From Octopus bimaculoides (lineage: Eukaryota), in the NCBI RefSeq assembly GCF_001194135.2, contig NC_068989.1:64657865-64711631 (forward strand): 53,767 nucleotides of DNA, read 5' to 3'. Position 1 is the first letter of the stretch. Each line of letters begins with the position of its first letter. The notes under the pieces were generated by a model. That model did no database searches and was not told where the DNA came from. It saw only the letters and a program-made list of their open reading frames with translations. The position numbers were made by a program, and so were the translations under genes. Below, piece after piece: positions 13,050 through 27,173 of the stretch.

Positions 13050-13409
13050 GGGAGAGAGAGAGAGAGAGAGAGCAAGCTGCCAGAAAATCCTTACGAACTA
13101 GTATTGTCTTTATAAATACACAATTTAACTTGGGTGTAAAAAGTAAACAAAAATGTTCTGAGTTCAGATAAACAATAACAATCTGAATAGTTTTGGCTCT
13201 TATGAACATTCCATCAGAGATCTGTTGACTTCACAAGGAGAATTTTAGTTTAAAACTATGTATAGTATATATAAATTCGCACAGAATTAAATTAGTCTAC
13301 CTAATTCGCATAGATATTTGCACTGTTATGCCAATTAGGCAGATAATTTATATGCATCACAATTTGTAAAATGGCTGTACTGAAATATAGCTTTCAAAAT
13401 TTGGCTCAA

Positions 13410-13603
13410 GACCAACATGTTCGAGGAAGCGGATATGTCGATTATATCGAATACAGTGTTCAAATGTTACTTATTTTATTGAGTCCGAAAGGATGAAAGC
13501 AAAGTCGAGCTCGGCGGAATTTGAACTCATAACCTAAAGATGGACGAAATGCCTCTAAGCATTTTGTTCAGAGCGCAAATGATTCTGCCAGCTCACCGCC
13601 TTG
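13410..13603 (-). mobile_element. SINE family A
   Basis: Reverse complement of the consensus, ending gattctgccagctcaccgcc. Confidence 0.9.
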
Positions 13604-13864
13604 GCTGTGTTGAAATCTTAATAAACTAGTGCTAGCTTTCTTTCTTTTTTTAGGACTGGTCTAGTTGGACAAACATGATAGTTTTGATAATACTATCACA
13701 GTTATATACCAAACCTGAAGTGATTAAGTCTAGTGGCTTCAGATAAAAGACACAAAGACACATTGAGTTGCAATATGTGTCTTTCGTCAGGGGATTTAGT
13801 GATTCTCTTTGAGATATATCTTGCTGTTGAGAAACTTATTTTTGAGATGCAAAACATGCTTCAA

Positions 13865-14056
13865 CCCTTTTGAAATCAACGCTCCTTGTTCTATGTTATA
13901 AACGTCATGTTTTAAAGTGATTCAAATTAAAAAACCTTAATCAAAATTTCATGTTAATTCATCTGTTAATTCCACCTTAGTAATAACAACGTTATTTTTA
14001 CTGAATTCTTTATTACTGAAATTGTGTATTTCGACAGAAATATGACAACAAAAGGG
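13865..14056. mobile_element. piggyBac-type MITE (CCCTTT...AAAGGG, TTAA target)
   Basis: tcaa|CCCTTT at 13861-13870 and AAAGGG|ttaa at 14051-14060. Confidence 0.7.
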
Positions 14057-14989
14057 TTAATGCGATGCCTAAAACATTTTTGTGTATGCACATTGAATAT
14101 TGCTTGATTGTGATTGGCCTGTCCTCCATGGGTTTAGGAAGCATTATTTCGAATGAATATGTAGGACTGGAGTACTTGGAGTTCATCGATCAGTCATCGA
14201 TTTGTGGTTTTTGCTAGAAATGAGGGAATATAAGCCTTATGAGTATGTAGCTAGTAATATTGATGAAAACTTTATTGATGTGGTTTGGTGTAGAAATAGT
14301 GGGAAACGGTCATTTCGTCTTTTGAATGCATTCGATATTCGTTAAGAATGATCAATGGCTGAATAGACGGAATACAATTCGTTGTTGGTGTTGGAAACGG
14401 AGCAGCAAATGTGTTTTTTTAGAGAAATTTCTATGGTTTCAGGGGAAGATAATTGGTAGGTATGTCGAGTTTTCGTTTGGTTTCCATAGTTCATTTGCTT
14501 AATTCTATATATTGAAAGTAATAATGTCAACTTATGGAGTAAATATATTGTGTAGCTTCCAATGGCTGTTTTTAAGTGTGGTTTGTGATATTGCTTCTTT
14601 AGTTTGTGACGATTGATTTTATTGAATTGCTTGATTAGAATATTAATCGATACACTATTAAACCAGTTGATGTTGCTATGTCTGCATATGATGTGCTATG
14701 GCCTGTCTTTGAATAGTTAATGTTAATCATTTGCATTATAATTCTACATGATGTATTCGTCTGTGATAGATCTAAAACATTGTTCTCTTATTTTTCCTAA
14801 GTTCTCTTATGTATAAACATTGAAATGTTGTCTTCAATCTTGTCTTAATTCAATTAGTTTTTGTACGTAGTGTTGCCTTCCAGAATTAATTTTATTGATA
14901 TGCCTATAGTTAGTGGAGAAACGAACCAAGGATGTAATTCAACGTTTCATTATTGTCTAACATCACTTTTGTTGCTGTATTCATTTTAT

Positions 14990-15175
14990 AGCTCTGGGCC
15001 AGCCTTCATTTAGCTGCTCTGTGATCAAAGGCATTCTAGTCGTGACCATCCCATTTATTTTCCAGACAGAAAATCAAAGATCATATTACCCTTGGTATTG
15101 TTTTTAAAAACGGAAGGTCTGAGGGTGATTTCACTGCTATTTCACGATCGTGAAACAACCCTTTCGTTTGCTCAT
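14990..15175 (-). repeat. Degenerate dispersed repeat; related pieces at about 38870-39050 (+) and about 2570-2620
   Basis: Shared weak motif ggatggtca.g.ct.gaat.c.tt.gat.a, aligned by eye. Confidence 0.4.
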
Positions 15176-15514
15176 ACATTGATATGTGAGTGACTATTTG
15201 ATTGTGTGTAGACAATTTGTCAATAGTTGGGAGAGAGGGTTTCAGTTCGTCATTCTGGTTCTACAAAGAGGACTTTTGAAATTTAAGCGTTCAAAACAGA
15301 ATTAAAATAATTCAGCAAGAAGTATTCATGATGCAGTTACTTGTTTCGAATTCACTATTATTTGAATTAAGTCAAATTCCGGTAAGAGATTTAAGACAGC
15401 CGCTGTGAAGTGTTAAGACAAATAGAGATTCGTTCGGAAACTATATACTGCTTGTGATTTTATTAAAATTTTTATGCTTCTAACACGATAATACTAATCC
15501 TGTGCCAGACATTA

Positions 15515-15550
<36 letters not shown>

Positions 15551-16441
15551 NNNNNNNNNNNNNNNNNNNNNNNNNNNNNNNNNNNNNNNNNNNNNNNNNN
15601 NNNNNNNNNNNNNNNNNNNNNNNNNNNNNNNNNNNNNNNNNNNNNNNNNNNNNNNNNNNNNNNNNNNNNNNNNNNNNNNNNNNNNNNNNATATATATGCA
15701 TGACTTTTAAACTTATGCGCTAAATGTGTTTCTTAATCTTCGTTATTTTCTCTCCATCATATGTGTCGAACATTTGGAATGTATACAGTTTTATGTGATA
15801 ATTCGATTTTTTTTCTGCTTAAAGAAACTACTTTGTGTGTTGATTAAGAATTGTAAATATATATCTCAGTCCGCCAGGCATTCGTTGTGTTAAATACAAG
15901 AGATTTTTATCTGTACTTTTAATACATATGCTAGTTGTATGGTTTAACGGTGATAAATTTATGTTTCTCAACGCTGAGGAATTAAAATTGCTTCTCTATG
16001 ATTGATGATCGATATTCGTATTACGTGTTCGTATATTTATACACTTCCTTTAATGAAATCGACCCCTTAGAGACATGGCTGTGGCCGCCTCAGTTTTGAT
16101 GGTAAGTTGGTTTTCATTCTTAATCTTTATGTTTCTTTGTTCTTTTTTCTCTCTGATAATGGCTGTCAGAAATGTTGTATCATTGATGTAACCAACGATT
16201 TATACCAAGCAAGTAACCATTTCTACTGGCAGTAGTTGCATGTCAGTGCTGTGATCTACATTACTTATTTTATTTCAGAAGAACATGAAGATCTCGTTTG
16301 GTCAGTCGCCATTACTTCTCTCTTAGTACCAGCCATTACATCTTTGTTGTGGTAATATCATTTTAAGCTTTATTACTGCATAGTTGGTGCTTCTGGTTTC
16401 ATCATGTACAAGATTGTAATCACTTTCAAACAGATTGATAA

Positions 16442-16442
<1 letters not shown>

Positions 16443-16514
<72 letters not shown>

Positions 16515-16572
16515 NNNNNNNNNNNNNNNNNNNNNNNNNNNNNNNNNNNNNNNNNNNNNNNNNNNNNNNNNN

Positions 16573-16634
<62 letters not shown>
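16443..16634. repeat. (GA)n microsatellite containing an N gap
   Basis: Read directly from the sequence; similar arrays at 12908-13070 and 37088-37148. Confidence 0.95.
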
Positions 16635-16637
<3 letters not shown>

Positions 16638-18059
16638 AACGAGTCTATATATCTATATTGCTTGCTTATACTATATTGTCAGCACTTTCTGTTTTGTTTT
16701 CAATCAGCTAAATATTTTCAAATAGTGGTATCCACTATGTATATACATACATACAAACATACATACATGCATACATACATACATACATACACACATATAT
16801 GTGTGTGTGTGTGTATATATATGTATATATATGTATGAGACCTTATAACCAGATCCGAGAACTATAAATGGTCTGTTAATTCTCTACTCACCTTTTTTTT
16901 CAATTTAAGATGCTGCAAACAGTTATGGTTTTTGATCACAGTGAGATTAAAGCTTTAGCACCCACTGATTGAGAAACCACACACGTCTTGTCAAAACCTT
17001 TATCAATTGATTTGGATATATTCATGTAAACTAATTTTCATCTTCTTATCATTGTAAAACATTTTATTACCTGATCTGAATGTTTTATGGAAACTATTTT
17101 TTGATTCATCACAAAGGATACACAAAACCTCAAACTTTTCCTTATTGTCCAAATTTTTATCACTTGATTTGAATACATTTATGTCAGCTAACTTTTGACA
17201 CCACAGAGGATACACAAAGCCTCACATTTTACTTTTGAAAATCTTTTTAAATAAGTGAAACCGGTTAAGTTAATAAATACTTTTAAAAGACTCCTGTATT
17301 TTCAGATTCTTTTTGTTTTGTTTTAAATCAGATAAATATTTACTTATATATANNNNNNNNNNNNNNNNNNNNNNNNNNNNNNNNNNNNNNNNNNNNNNNN
17401 NNNNNNNNNNNNNNNNNNNNNNNNNNNNNNNNNNNNNNNNNNNNNNNNNNNNNNNNNNNNNNNNNNNTATATATATATAATTATTGCTCTGACTAAGCAG
17501 CCAATAGATAGGTTTTCAGACTGTTTCATTGGGTAACATGTTATCATCCAATCGCAGTCTCGTCAAGTCTTTTTTCTTTAGTTTCGAAATCTTTATCTAA
17601 CAGTGACATTTGCAATAATGTGACCAATTTTGCAGTCGGTGTTAAGCTATTCTTTTACTTGATATATTTTGTTTTATCATGCATATATATTATGCATACT
17701 TCATCTATAGTGACCAGACACGAGGCACTTTTACGTAAAGAAATAAGTTAAAAGCACTTGAACCAAATAATTCATTGACTTGTATATTTATCAGTGGATA
17801 ACATAACAGCGATCTCTAGAAGTTAAATTTCAGGAATATATGAAGCCTGTTTCTTGACCGGACGTATCTGCACGACAATTCTGCTAACTATAGTTTTAGA
17901 AATAAAATGCAAAATCTGTATATATATCAATATATAATATAAAATATTAAATATTGGTATAAAATATAATTAAATATAACGTAGAATACACAGCAAATTT
18001 GATGTATATTCTCTAAGCTCTTTTTTATAACTATGGTCTAATATTTAAATATATATGGT

Positions 18060-18230
18060 CTATATAATATTTTGTAAAATATTTTCTGAGTCCAGCAATT
18101 TCAGAGAGTGTTTTAAGACAACGCAAGCTATTTATGTCAGTTCCAATGACATAAGCACAGTAAGTGGGAATGGAAATCGAGTTGCCAAGAGCTTACCACA
18201 ACACTACCATGCCCACCACCAATAACATGT
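18060..18230 (+). repeat. Diverged direct repeat, copy 1 (copy 2 at 19965-20120)
   Basis: ataatattttgtaa...tccaatgacataagcac.gtaagt.ggaatggaaatcgagt.gccaagagcttaccac..cactaccatg.ccaccaccaataacat is present twice. Confidence 0.9.
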
Positions 18231-18235
18231 ATAAC

Positions 18236-18274
<39 letters not shown>

Positions 18275-19964
18275 CACAATAACTTTTTCATAAACTCACT
18301 GCATTTAAAACATTCCACATCACATTAACACAAAAATGCATTTCAATTGTATTGGATTAAAAATATTCCAATCATATATATATATATATATATGTTTGTA
18401 TGNNNNNNNNNNNNNNNNNNNNNNNNNNNNNNNNNNNNNNNNNNNNNNNNNNNNNNNNNNNNNNNNNNNNNNNNNNNNNNNNNNNNNNNNNNNNNNNNNN
18501 NNNNNNNNNNNNNNNNNNNNNNNNNNNNNNNNNNNNNNNNNNNNNNNNNNNNNNNNNNNNNNNNNNNNNNNNNNNNNNNNNNNNNNNNNNNNNNNNNNNN
18601 NNNNNNNNNNNNNNNNNNNNNNNNNNNNNNNNNNNNNNNNNNNNNNNNNNNNNNNNNNNNNNNNNNNNNNNNNNNNNNNNNNNNNNNNNNNNNNNNNNNN
18701 NNNNNNNNNNNNNNNNNNNNNNNNNNNNNNNNNNNNNNNNNNNNNNNNNNNNNNNNNNNNNNNNNNNNNNNNNNNNNNNNNNNNNNNNNNNNNNNNNNNN
18801 NNNNNNNNNNNNNNNNNNNNNNNNNNNNNNNNNNNNNNNNNNNNNNNNNNNNNNNNNNNNNNNNNNNNNNNNNNNNNNNNNNNNNNNNNNNNNNNNNNNN
18901 NNNNNNNNNNNNNNNNNNNNNNNNNNNNNNNNNNNNNNNATATATGTATACATGCATACAAGAAAAGAAAACATTCATGGCTATGAAGAAGCATGTAAAC
19001 AATGAATATCTACTCGTATTAGAACAAACTCTGATTAAGAACCAAAAATATTTTTACATTATTAAAAGCATTCTAATGATAAATAACAAGGTACAGTTCC
19101 TTTTGATAACCAGAGAGGTTTTCGAACTTAATTGAATATTTAAATGCAATGTAATATTTATTACATGTAGATAAACTGAGAAGAAAAATGCAAAAACAAA
19201 ACTTTAAGTATGATGATATTATAATCACATCACATTATCTATCATTCTAAACATACATTCATTCAGTGATAAATCGATCAATCGAGCATTCAATCAATGT
19301 TTGTCTTTTAATCTAATCCGTCAATTCATTTGAAACATCCTTCGATGTCCCAGTATTCAAACTGTCGTGACAAAAACAAAAAGAAAATCCCTATTTAAAA
19401 AAAAAATGTTTCTTAATAAAAGAGCTATACTTGTTGGAGTTTAGCTGCCGTAATTATTTGATGTTTAGTTTATGAAACTGAACTAAAACCTTATGTTAGT
19501 CAATTAACGCCCTGATCTCTCTCTCTGTCTGTCTTTCTCCTCTTCCTTTATTACTACCTCTGATTATTTCTAGATTATTTAATCAAAATATACTTTTGTT
19601 TCTCATTATACATTATCTAATGTAGTCATTGTAATAAACAATGTTAACGACTTCCGCTATCTATATTCTTTTCCTTTAAATTTCTCTTTTCCATTCATTT
19701 CCCCATTCATTGTTTTGTTGTTCTTTAGAAACAGCTCAATTTTGATTCTGCTGCTGTCATGAGAAAGAGTCTTTCAACCGTAACGAATTTTCATATTTTT
19801 GTATATCTGGAATTACACCTTGCACGGTTTCTTTATTACCATTCCCCGACGGTAGGGAAGTGGTAATAATGTAGCAGATAGAATGACTAAGTAAAACTTT
19901 CCGTATCAATTCGTCCATATTAATGTTTCTTTAAAAGCTATGACAGGTATATATTTAATATCTA

Positions 19965-20120
19965 TAATATAATATTTTGTAATATATTTCCTGAGTCCTT
20001 CGATTTTAGAGAGTGTTTAAGGAAAACGCAAGTCCAATGACATAAGCACTGTAAGTAGGAATGGAAATCGAGTCGCCAAGAGCTTACCACTACACTACCA
20101 TGGCCACCACCAATAACATT
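19965..20120 (+). repeat. Diverged direct repeat, copy 2
   Basis: See 18060-18230. Confidence 0.9.
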
Positions 20121-22234
20121 TNNNNNNNNNNNNNNNNNNNNNNNNNNNNNNNNNNNNNNNNNNNNNNNNNNNNNNNNNNNNNNNNNNNNNNNNNNNNNNN
20201 NNNNNNNNNNNNNNNNNNNNNNNNNNNNNNNNNNNNNNNNNNNNNNNNNNNNNNNNNNNNNNNNNNNNNNNNNNNNNNNNNNNNNNNNNNNNNNNNNNNN
20301 NNNNNNNNNNNNNNNNNNNNNNNNNNNNNNNNNATATATATATATATATATATACACTCAGACATACACACCAGACACACGCGCGTACGTAAGATAACTC
20401 CTGAACAGAATTGGAGACAACTTTTCGTAACGTTGCGTATTTAATTACAATATTCAGTGAAGGATTTAAACTGATATTACAATAATAGTTTAAGAATTCT
20501 TTCTTTTTAAAGTTAAGTCTCATCTTTCAATGATCAAAATGGAAATTTAATGAACGTTTACCAGCATAACTAAATATAATATTCATACAACACGCAGAGC
20601 TAGTCAATTATTAAAGACCTCGATAAATGTTGCCTAACAACGCCTGTCATGCGTATTCCATAATAGTATTTGTTAATTCTTTTAATATTAGTTTGGTTTT
20701 GAGTAAAGGTTTGTATACATTGTCTTCGCAATCTCTCCGACACCGGTGATAGCGACGCAAGTCATGGCGTAGGAATTATCAATAAGAAATAAATTCCCTT
20801 TTATGCAAATCTTGTTAATGGGAAAATCAAAATGGGGAGAATATTTACATAGCAAAAATTAAATGCATTTATAAACAAGATTAAGTCAAACTTAAGAGAA
20901 TTTTAGAACTGACTAAATACAAAATGAAAAGTATTTTCGATGTGAAGAGCCATATGAGTGAGAAACATCCATTGCGTCTTTCCAGGGCTTTCGAGACTGA
21001 CGGGAGAAAAGATTAACCTACATATCACAAACATAGTTCAATTACAACAGAGTGAATCTGTTAAAGGCACTCGAAGAACAGGATGTAGCGTTGAACCAGG
21101 TAACGAATTAAATAGTTACCACGGAAGAAGAATGACGATCCATCTGCTCAAATCCACTCTCAAGGCTTTTGTTTTCCTTATTGAGATACTTGCTGAAGAT
21201 ATTGCGGAGTGAGATCGATTCTGAAATCACTTAGCTGAGAAGCGAATTTCTTCACAACATGCCTATGCCTATGATTATCAAAGAAGTATATACAACTATA
21301 TTATACCCAAATCGTTACATTTCCAATTAATTTCTTAATAAAACTTAACATGGAAAAAATCAATTTACATACATTTATTAATAAAGGAAAGATTATCATT
21401 TAGCAGGTTAGAAGGTGAGAGAAACAGACACATCTGGTCATTCCAACAACTGCCTTTCGATTAACGGACTTCACATCCCTGGAAACCCAATGAACAATAC
21501 ATCATATTCCCACACGTAACTATTTCTCATATGTGCATAAATTAACTTCTTGACTTCTCAGTCTCCTCCTCTTAAAATCCGCCACTATTCCTATTTTGTT
21601 GTGTTGTTTTGTATTTGCACATTTTACATGCCCTTATTTATTGTCTTCCCTTATTTGTCGATTCTTGCTAATGTTTTCTCACCAGTCGGATAACCAGCTA
21701 TCATTGTTCGAAGTCACGAGGTATCCCACGAACACATACGTGTGTTTTCACGTGAGTTTATATCTCTACTGTACGTATGTATGTTTTCATGCCCAGTGAT
21801 TTCTGTTCTTTTGCTTTACTACCATTTACTGTTTCTAACCAATCATTCATCTACTTGTAAAGTGTTGCGTCAGTAAGTTTTCTCTTTCTATTATTCCCTG
21901 TCTGCTGAACTTTGCTGTTTTTTTTTACAACTGTTCGTTTTTTGCTTTATCCACTATCTCATTGCCACTATATATTTTGTCTCTCCCTCTCCACTGCATC
22001 TTAGCAAATGCTCTTACTCTCATTGTCACAACTTTTCTCCTTTGTCTCTCTCTCCGGGTACTTTCCCTTGGTACCTGGAAATCTCAGAGCCAGCGAATTG
22101 CCACATCTGCATGGCTTTCCTATTTTCACTTCATTTTGTTCTAAAAGGGCTCTACACTAGCAAACCCACTTAAATAATTTTACATACATTTATATGCATA
22201 TGTACATATACACAATATTTGTATATATATATAT

Positions 22235-22298
22235 ATGTGTGTGTGTGTGTATGTGTGTGTGTGTGTGTGAGTGTGTGTGTGTGTTTGTGTGTGTGTGC

Positions 22299-22381
<83 letters not shown>
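22235..22381. repeat. (TG)n microsatellite
   Basis: Read directly from the sequence; one of many TA/TG/GA/TACA arrays in the window. Confidence 0.95.
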
Positions 22382-22385
<4 letters not shown>

Positions 22386-24726
22386 TGTGTATTCTATAAT
22401 GATCTGAAGAAATTTTGGAATTGAAATTAAAAAAAGATACATAATGCAGAGGAAACAAATTTCTAGAGAATAGAATAGATACATAAATCATACTTTCGAG
22501 ATACATTTCACTTCATATTTCAAACGTATCCACATGATAGCACTTCTAGTACTACCAATATAGGTATGATCTTGTAGATAATTTAAATGATGATACGTCG
22601 ACGGGGGAATACTTATAAACAATTAGATACCAAGATAAAATTATATAGACGTCAATTTGTCTCAGCTGAGCAGTTATATGAACAGCGGAAACTTCCTAAT
22701 TGTGTGTCTGCCTCTCTAAGTGTAAAGTTTATTACAAAGATTTTAACCAACAATCTGCCAAAATTAAAGAAAATTTTACTCATGATGCTTGTATTGTGCT
22801 AAAACGTTGTGAATAAATTTTACACATGAAACTTGTTCGTACGGAATGACTGAGGCGCCAAACTTTTAGTAGTGATAAGGTTTCTCGTGAATGGATTCAA
22901 AATATCCTAACACTGATATCAAGGTAACTGAGAAATAGGCTTCAGCCTGCGTTTCAAATACACACATACCTACGCATTTTTCCTATTGCTTTCCAAACCT
23001 CAAATATGAGAATTAGTAACTATTAGCCTATTATCAACTGCATTTTATAGACTTATATATATTTATTAATTTGAAATAATAATTTACTCCATGATATAGT
23101 ACTGCAGTTTTCTGCGGTACTGCTCGTAACCTACACGTGGGTAAAAGGGATGAATAGTGTATTCACATTCGGCTGCGTAAATTTTGGAAGTGTTGGTTGG
23201 ATATCTGTTGCACAATGTCGCTCGATCGTGTGCATACTTAACCCTAGCACTTTCAAATTTTATAATTGGAAATGCTACACTGAAGAGAGAAGTAAGTAAT
23301 TAAACACTTTAATCTCGAAACGCGTATGTGGCTAATCGGAGTCGTGTTGATTCAATGTTTTTCTCTTTGCCTACATAAAAGAGTGTGTTACTGTTGTGGA
23401 GATTCTTACAGTAGTAGAAAGGGAATTTTTAACTCCTATTTCTAAATTCGGTATGTTGTGAAGCAATTAGCTAACCCCTAATTATAATTATGTTTANNNN
23501 NNNNNNNNNNNNNNNNNNNNNNNNNNNNNNNGGTATTGTACTTGTCATGTCAGTTATTTGCTTAGAGAACTTGTGTTGAAATTAAAACGATTGTATAAAT
23601 ATATCTAAATTGTATGTGAAACTTTTCGATAAACATTATTAATCGGTATACTTTTGATATAAAAATAATTAATCTGTTTACTTTTGATTGATAAAAAAAA
23701 CGACTAATATTTATATATTTCGTTATATATTACATCCCTGTATAAATAGGATGGTTCATAATATTGAGATTCGTTTAATTAAGGCAATATCAACCATCCA
23801 TTGCGTTCTGCATGGCATAAGTTGCAATGCAAATGCTATTTGACTCATGTAATGACTTCATAAATTTGTAAATACATGTTAAAGAAATAAACACTTTTTA
23901 CGTTCCATTGAAACATAGGGAAGTTGATGTTCCTGTCGTGTAATGTTTAACAGCATTACTGAATAAGCAGGGTACTTGTTTTACAATTACCATTATTACT
24001 ATTGGAGCTTTCTTTACTATGTATTGCTTACATATATACACATTACTGCTGCGGATATAAATTATAGGCGTATCAGCATGCACGTGTGTTAGTATGCATG
24101 CGTGTATGTATGTATGCATGTACGTTGTACATATGCATGAATGCATGTACGTAACTACGTACGCATGTATATGTGCCATGCTCTCTATAGGTGAATTCTG
24201 CATCACTACAACTCTCCAACTATACCTGTGTGTATGTCTGTGTATGCCTGTGTGTATGCATGTGTGTGAGTGTGTGTGTGACTGAGTAAGTGTGTGTTTG
24301 TGTTATAAATGTATGCATGTATGCATATTTGTACGTGTGTGTTGGATTGAAAACACGAATGTGTTATAGTTTTATCTTTATATCCAACATTTCTCATATT
24401 CCTTATGATTTCGTTGCTGTTTACTTGGAACAGAAAAGTTCCTAAAAACGTCATAAACATGTCCCAGCTTTCGCTGCCTCATATTCAGAAGGAAATGATG
24501 TTGGTCTATGTTTCTATCTATTTCTAGTTGACTGATCCAACTTGATTGCTGCAGAAATCACCACCGGTATTTCAATTTTTGACTATCAATTTTGTGTCAT
24601 AAGTCGGGTGGCTTAGGAACAACGTATTTTAACTGAGCATTTGTTTTAACCTAGTACTGTGCTATGAGTAAGGATTTAATAATTAATGTTTCTTTTGTGG
24701 CTGAAGAATTTTATATAATGTAAATA

Positions 24727-24933
24727 CGAGGTGCATTCCAGAAGTTTTCTTAAGACATTTTAGAGAGGAAATTATAATTGTCCTGCATTATAGTAATTTT
24801 AGAATATCATTACTATACATCTCATAAGCTGATCAACCAACTTTTTCAGATTAAGCGATAAGAGTTTTGTACGTCATCAAAATTAATAAATGTATTTCCT
24901 GAAAAAGTGTCAAAACTCCTGGAATGCATCTTG
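24727..24933. mobile_element. Mariner-type MITE, 207 bp
   Basis: TIRs CGAGGTGCATTCCAGAAGTTTT versus reverse complement CAAGATGCATTCCAGGAGTTTT (19/22), with TA on both flanks. Confidence 0.85.
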
Positions 24934-25703
24934 TATTTTGTTCATCAACGATTTCTTCTTTAGATAGTATCTGTGTTACAATGCAGTGTGGTGGAATTGT
25001 ACTTTGTAAAAGACGCGTTGAGTCAACAGAAGTGTTATACTTCTATAGTGATTATAACTGTTGGAATCGATAAGTTTAAAATGAAATTTCATTGGTACTT
25101 TGCACTTGGTGTTCGCTATTTATAACATAGATCTTACGGTTAGTGTTTTTGTAATATTACTAACAGAATAGAATATGGTTTAATGTAATAATTTTCTATT
25201 TTGTTTCTTGTAATGTGCGCATCTATTTTATATTTTCTATGTATTTTACATTAACTGTGTTTTGTGCTTATTAATGGTAGCAGTGCTTGATAAAGTTAAA
25301 TTTTTGTTTGATGAAGATAGAAGTAGAATACAGTCATGTTTTCAATTAAACAGGTCTAAAAGAAAAGCAGTTCCCCATATATACAAAGGTATATAAGTAT
25401 ATATATATATANNNNNNNNNNNNNNNNNNNNNNNNNNNNNNNNNNNNNNNNNNNNNNNNNNNNNNNNNNNNNNNNNNNNNNNNNNNNNNNNNNNNNNNNN
25501 NNNNNNNNNNNNNNNNNNNNNNNNNNNNNNNNNNNNNNNNNNNNNNNNNNNNNNNNNNNNNNNNNNNNNNNNNNNNNNNNNNNNNNNNNNNNNNNNNNNN
25601 NNNNNNNNNNNNNNNNNNNNNNNNNNNNNNNNNNNNNNNNNNNNNNNNNNNNNNNNNNNNNNNNNNNNNNNNNNNNNNNNNNNNNNNNNNNNNNNNNNNN
25701 NNN

Positions 25704-25736
<33 letters not shown>

Positions 25737-26136
25737 CATATATATATATATGTATATATGTATATATACAAATATATCAATATTAAAACACGTTCTTAAA
25801 AGTTATACATTCCGTAATACACAACACGTACGCACTCACGCATACACACACACTCTCTCGCACAAGAACAAACATACACACACGTACACAGATGTGCAAA
25901 CACATAAACACACACACACACACGCATATGTACACACAAGGTAGCTCAAAAGTCCCTTTAGCAAATCAAATTTATGATTTTTGTGTCTCACTTGAATGCT
26001 GAAGGAACAACTGAATCATGTATATATATGCGTGTATGTGCGAGTACGTGTGCAAACATACCGTGCTTATATACCATATACATATATATATATATATACG
26101 TCTAACATTTAATCAATAGAAGAAAAACATTAATAC

Positions 26137-26346
26137 CTGCAATGGAACTAATAGATTCACGTTTTTTTGTGTCCAGTTCACTAGATGCATCGATCATATC
26201 CCGGCTAGCCTTCTCGGCGGAAAGCTCCACAATCCCAACTCCGTCATCGTCATCACTACCAGATAGACATGAAACGTCACTTGGTCGTCGTCGATCGGCG
26301 ATTGAGTTACGTTTTGAACCTAGGCGTTGACGGCTTGCAGTGCGTC
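26137..26346 (-). CDS. Internal coding exon 2 of 3 (210 bp, symmetric phase 1-1): (G)[69 protein letters not shown](G)
   Basis: Acceptor ctatgtttcAG at 26348-26347 and donor CAG|GTATTA at 26136. GC-richer than the flanks and open for 70 codons; it is the non-repetitive part of ORF 26102..26614. Confidence 0.85.
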
Positions 26347-26359
26347 CTGAAACATAGAG

Positions 26360-26411
<52 letters not shown>

Positions 26412-27173
26412 TATATATATACATATATATATATACATATATATATATACATATACACACACACATATATATATACATATATATACACATAAATATGTGT
26501 GTGCATGTATATGAATATAAATATATATATATATAAATAAAATTTATATACATATATATATATATATATATCTATAAAGGGTTTATTTAAATGAATATTA
26601 CAGTTATTTAGCATATATGTAGCCGTATTTCACAGAATCCATTTTTTTTTGTTCTGAAATGAAGCAGCTGAAATTCCCGCCGCTTGCACTTACCTTTTCT
26701 GTTAACAGAGTTAATGTAAATACAGTGATACACATAGACATGCATGCATCCACACAAAAGCACGCATGCGCATATACCGCACATATATCTATGACATATC
26801 AACCGTAATCAACATTTTATTATCCAAGTATTCTCAATCGGTAAAACCGTAAAATGATTTTAGACACAACAGAAACAAAATCATTTTACGGTTTTTTTTC
26901 TTGCATAGATTTTTAGTATGAGGTAGGTGAGACCCAGATCTCATTATTCTGTTCTTAGGCGTTCTTAGGGTTTAACAAACAATGATCTGACGTTAAATCT
27001 TTCTAGATTTATCCTCAAGAAGATTCTAATTGGCCAACGAAACTTATAAATAAAATACCCTTAAATTTTGTATTACTTTCAACGATGATCAGTACTACTC
27101 TTTTTAAATGTAACTTTGCAGCGAGGTGGGCCGTCGTTGAGAGTTAAGTAAATTGATATTGAACTCAACACAC

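Noticed and set aside
14100-14960. Stop-riddled, coding-like minus-strand stretch (possible decayed Penelope-like ORF); similar at about 24980-25330
   Set aside because: No diagnostic motif recoverable by eye.
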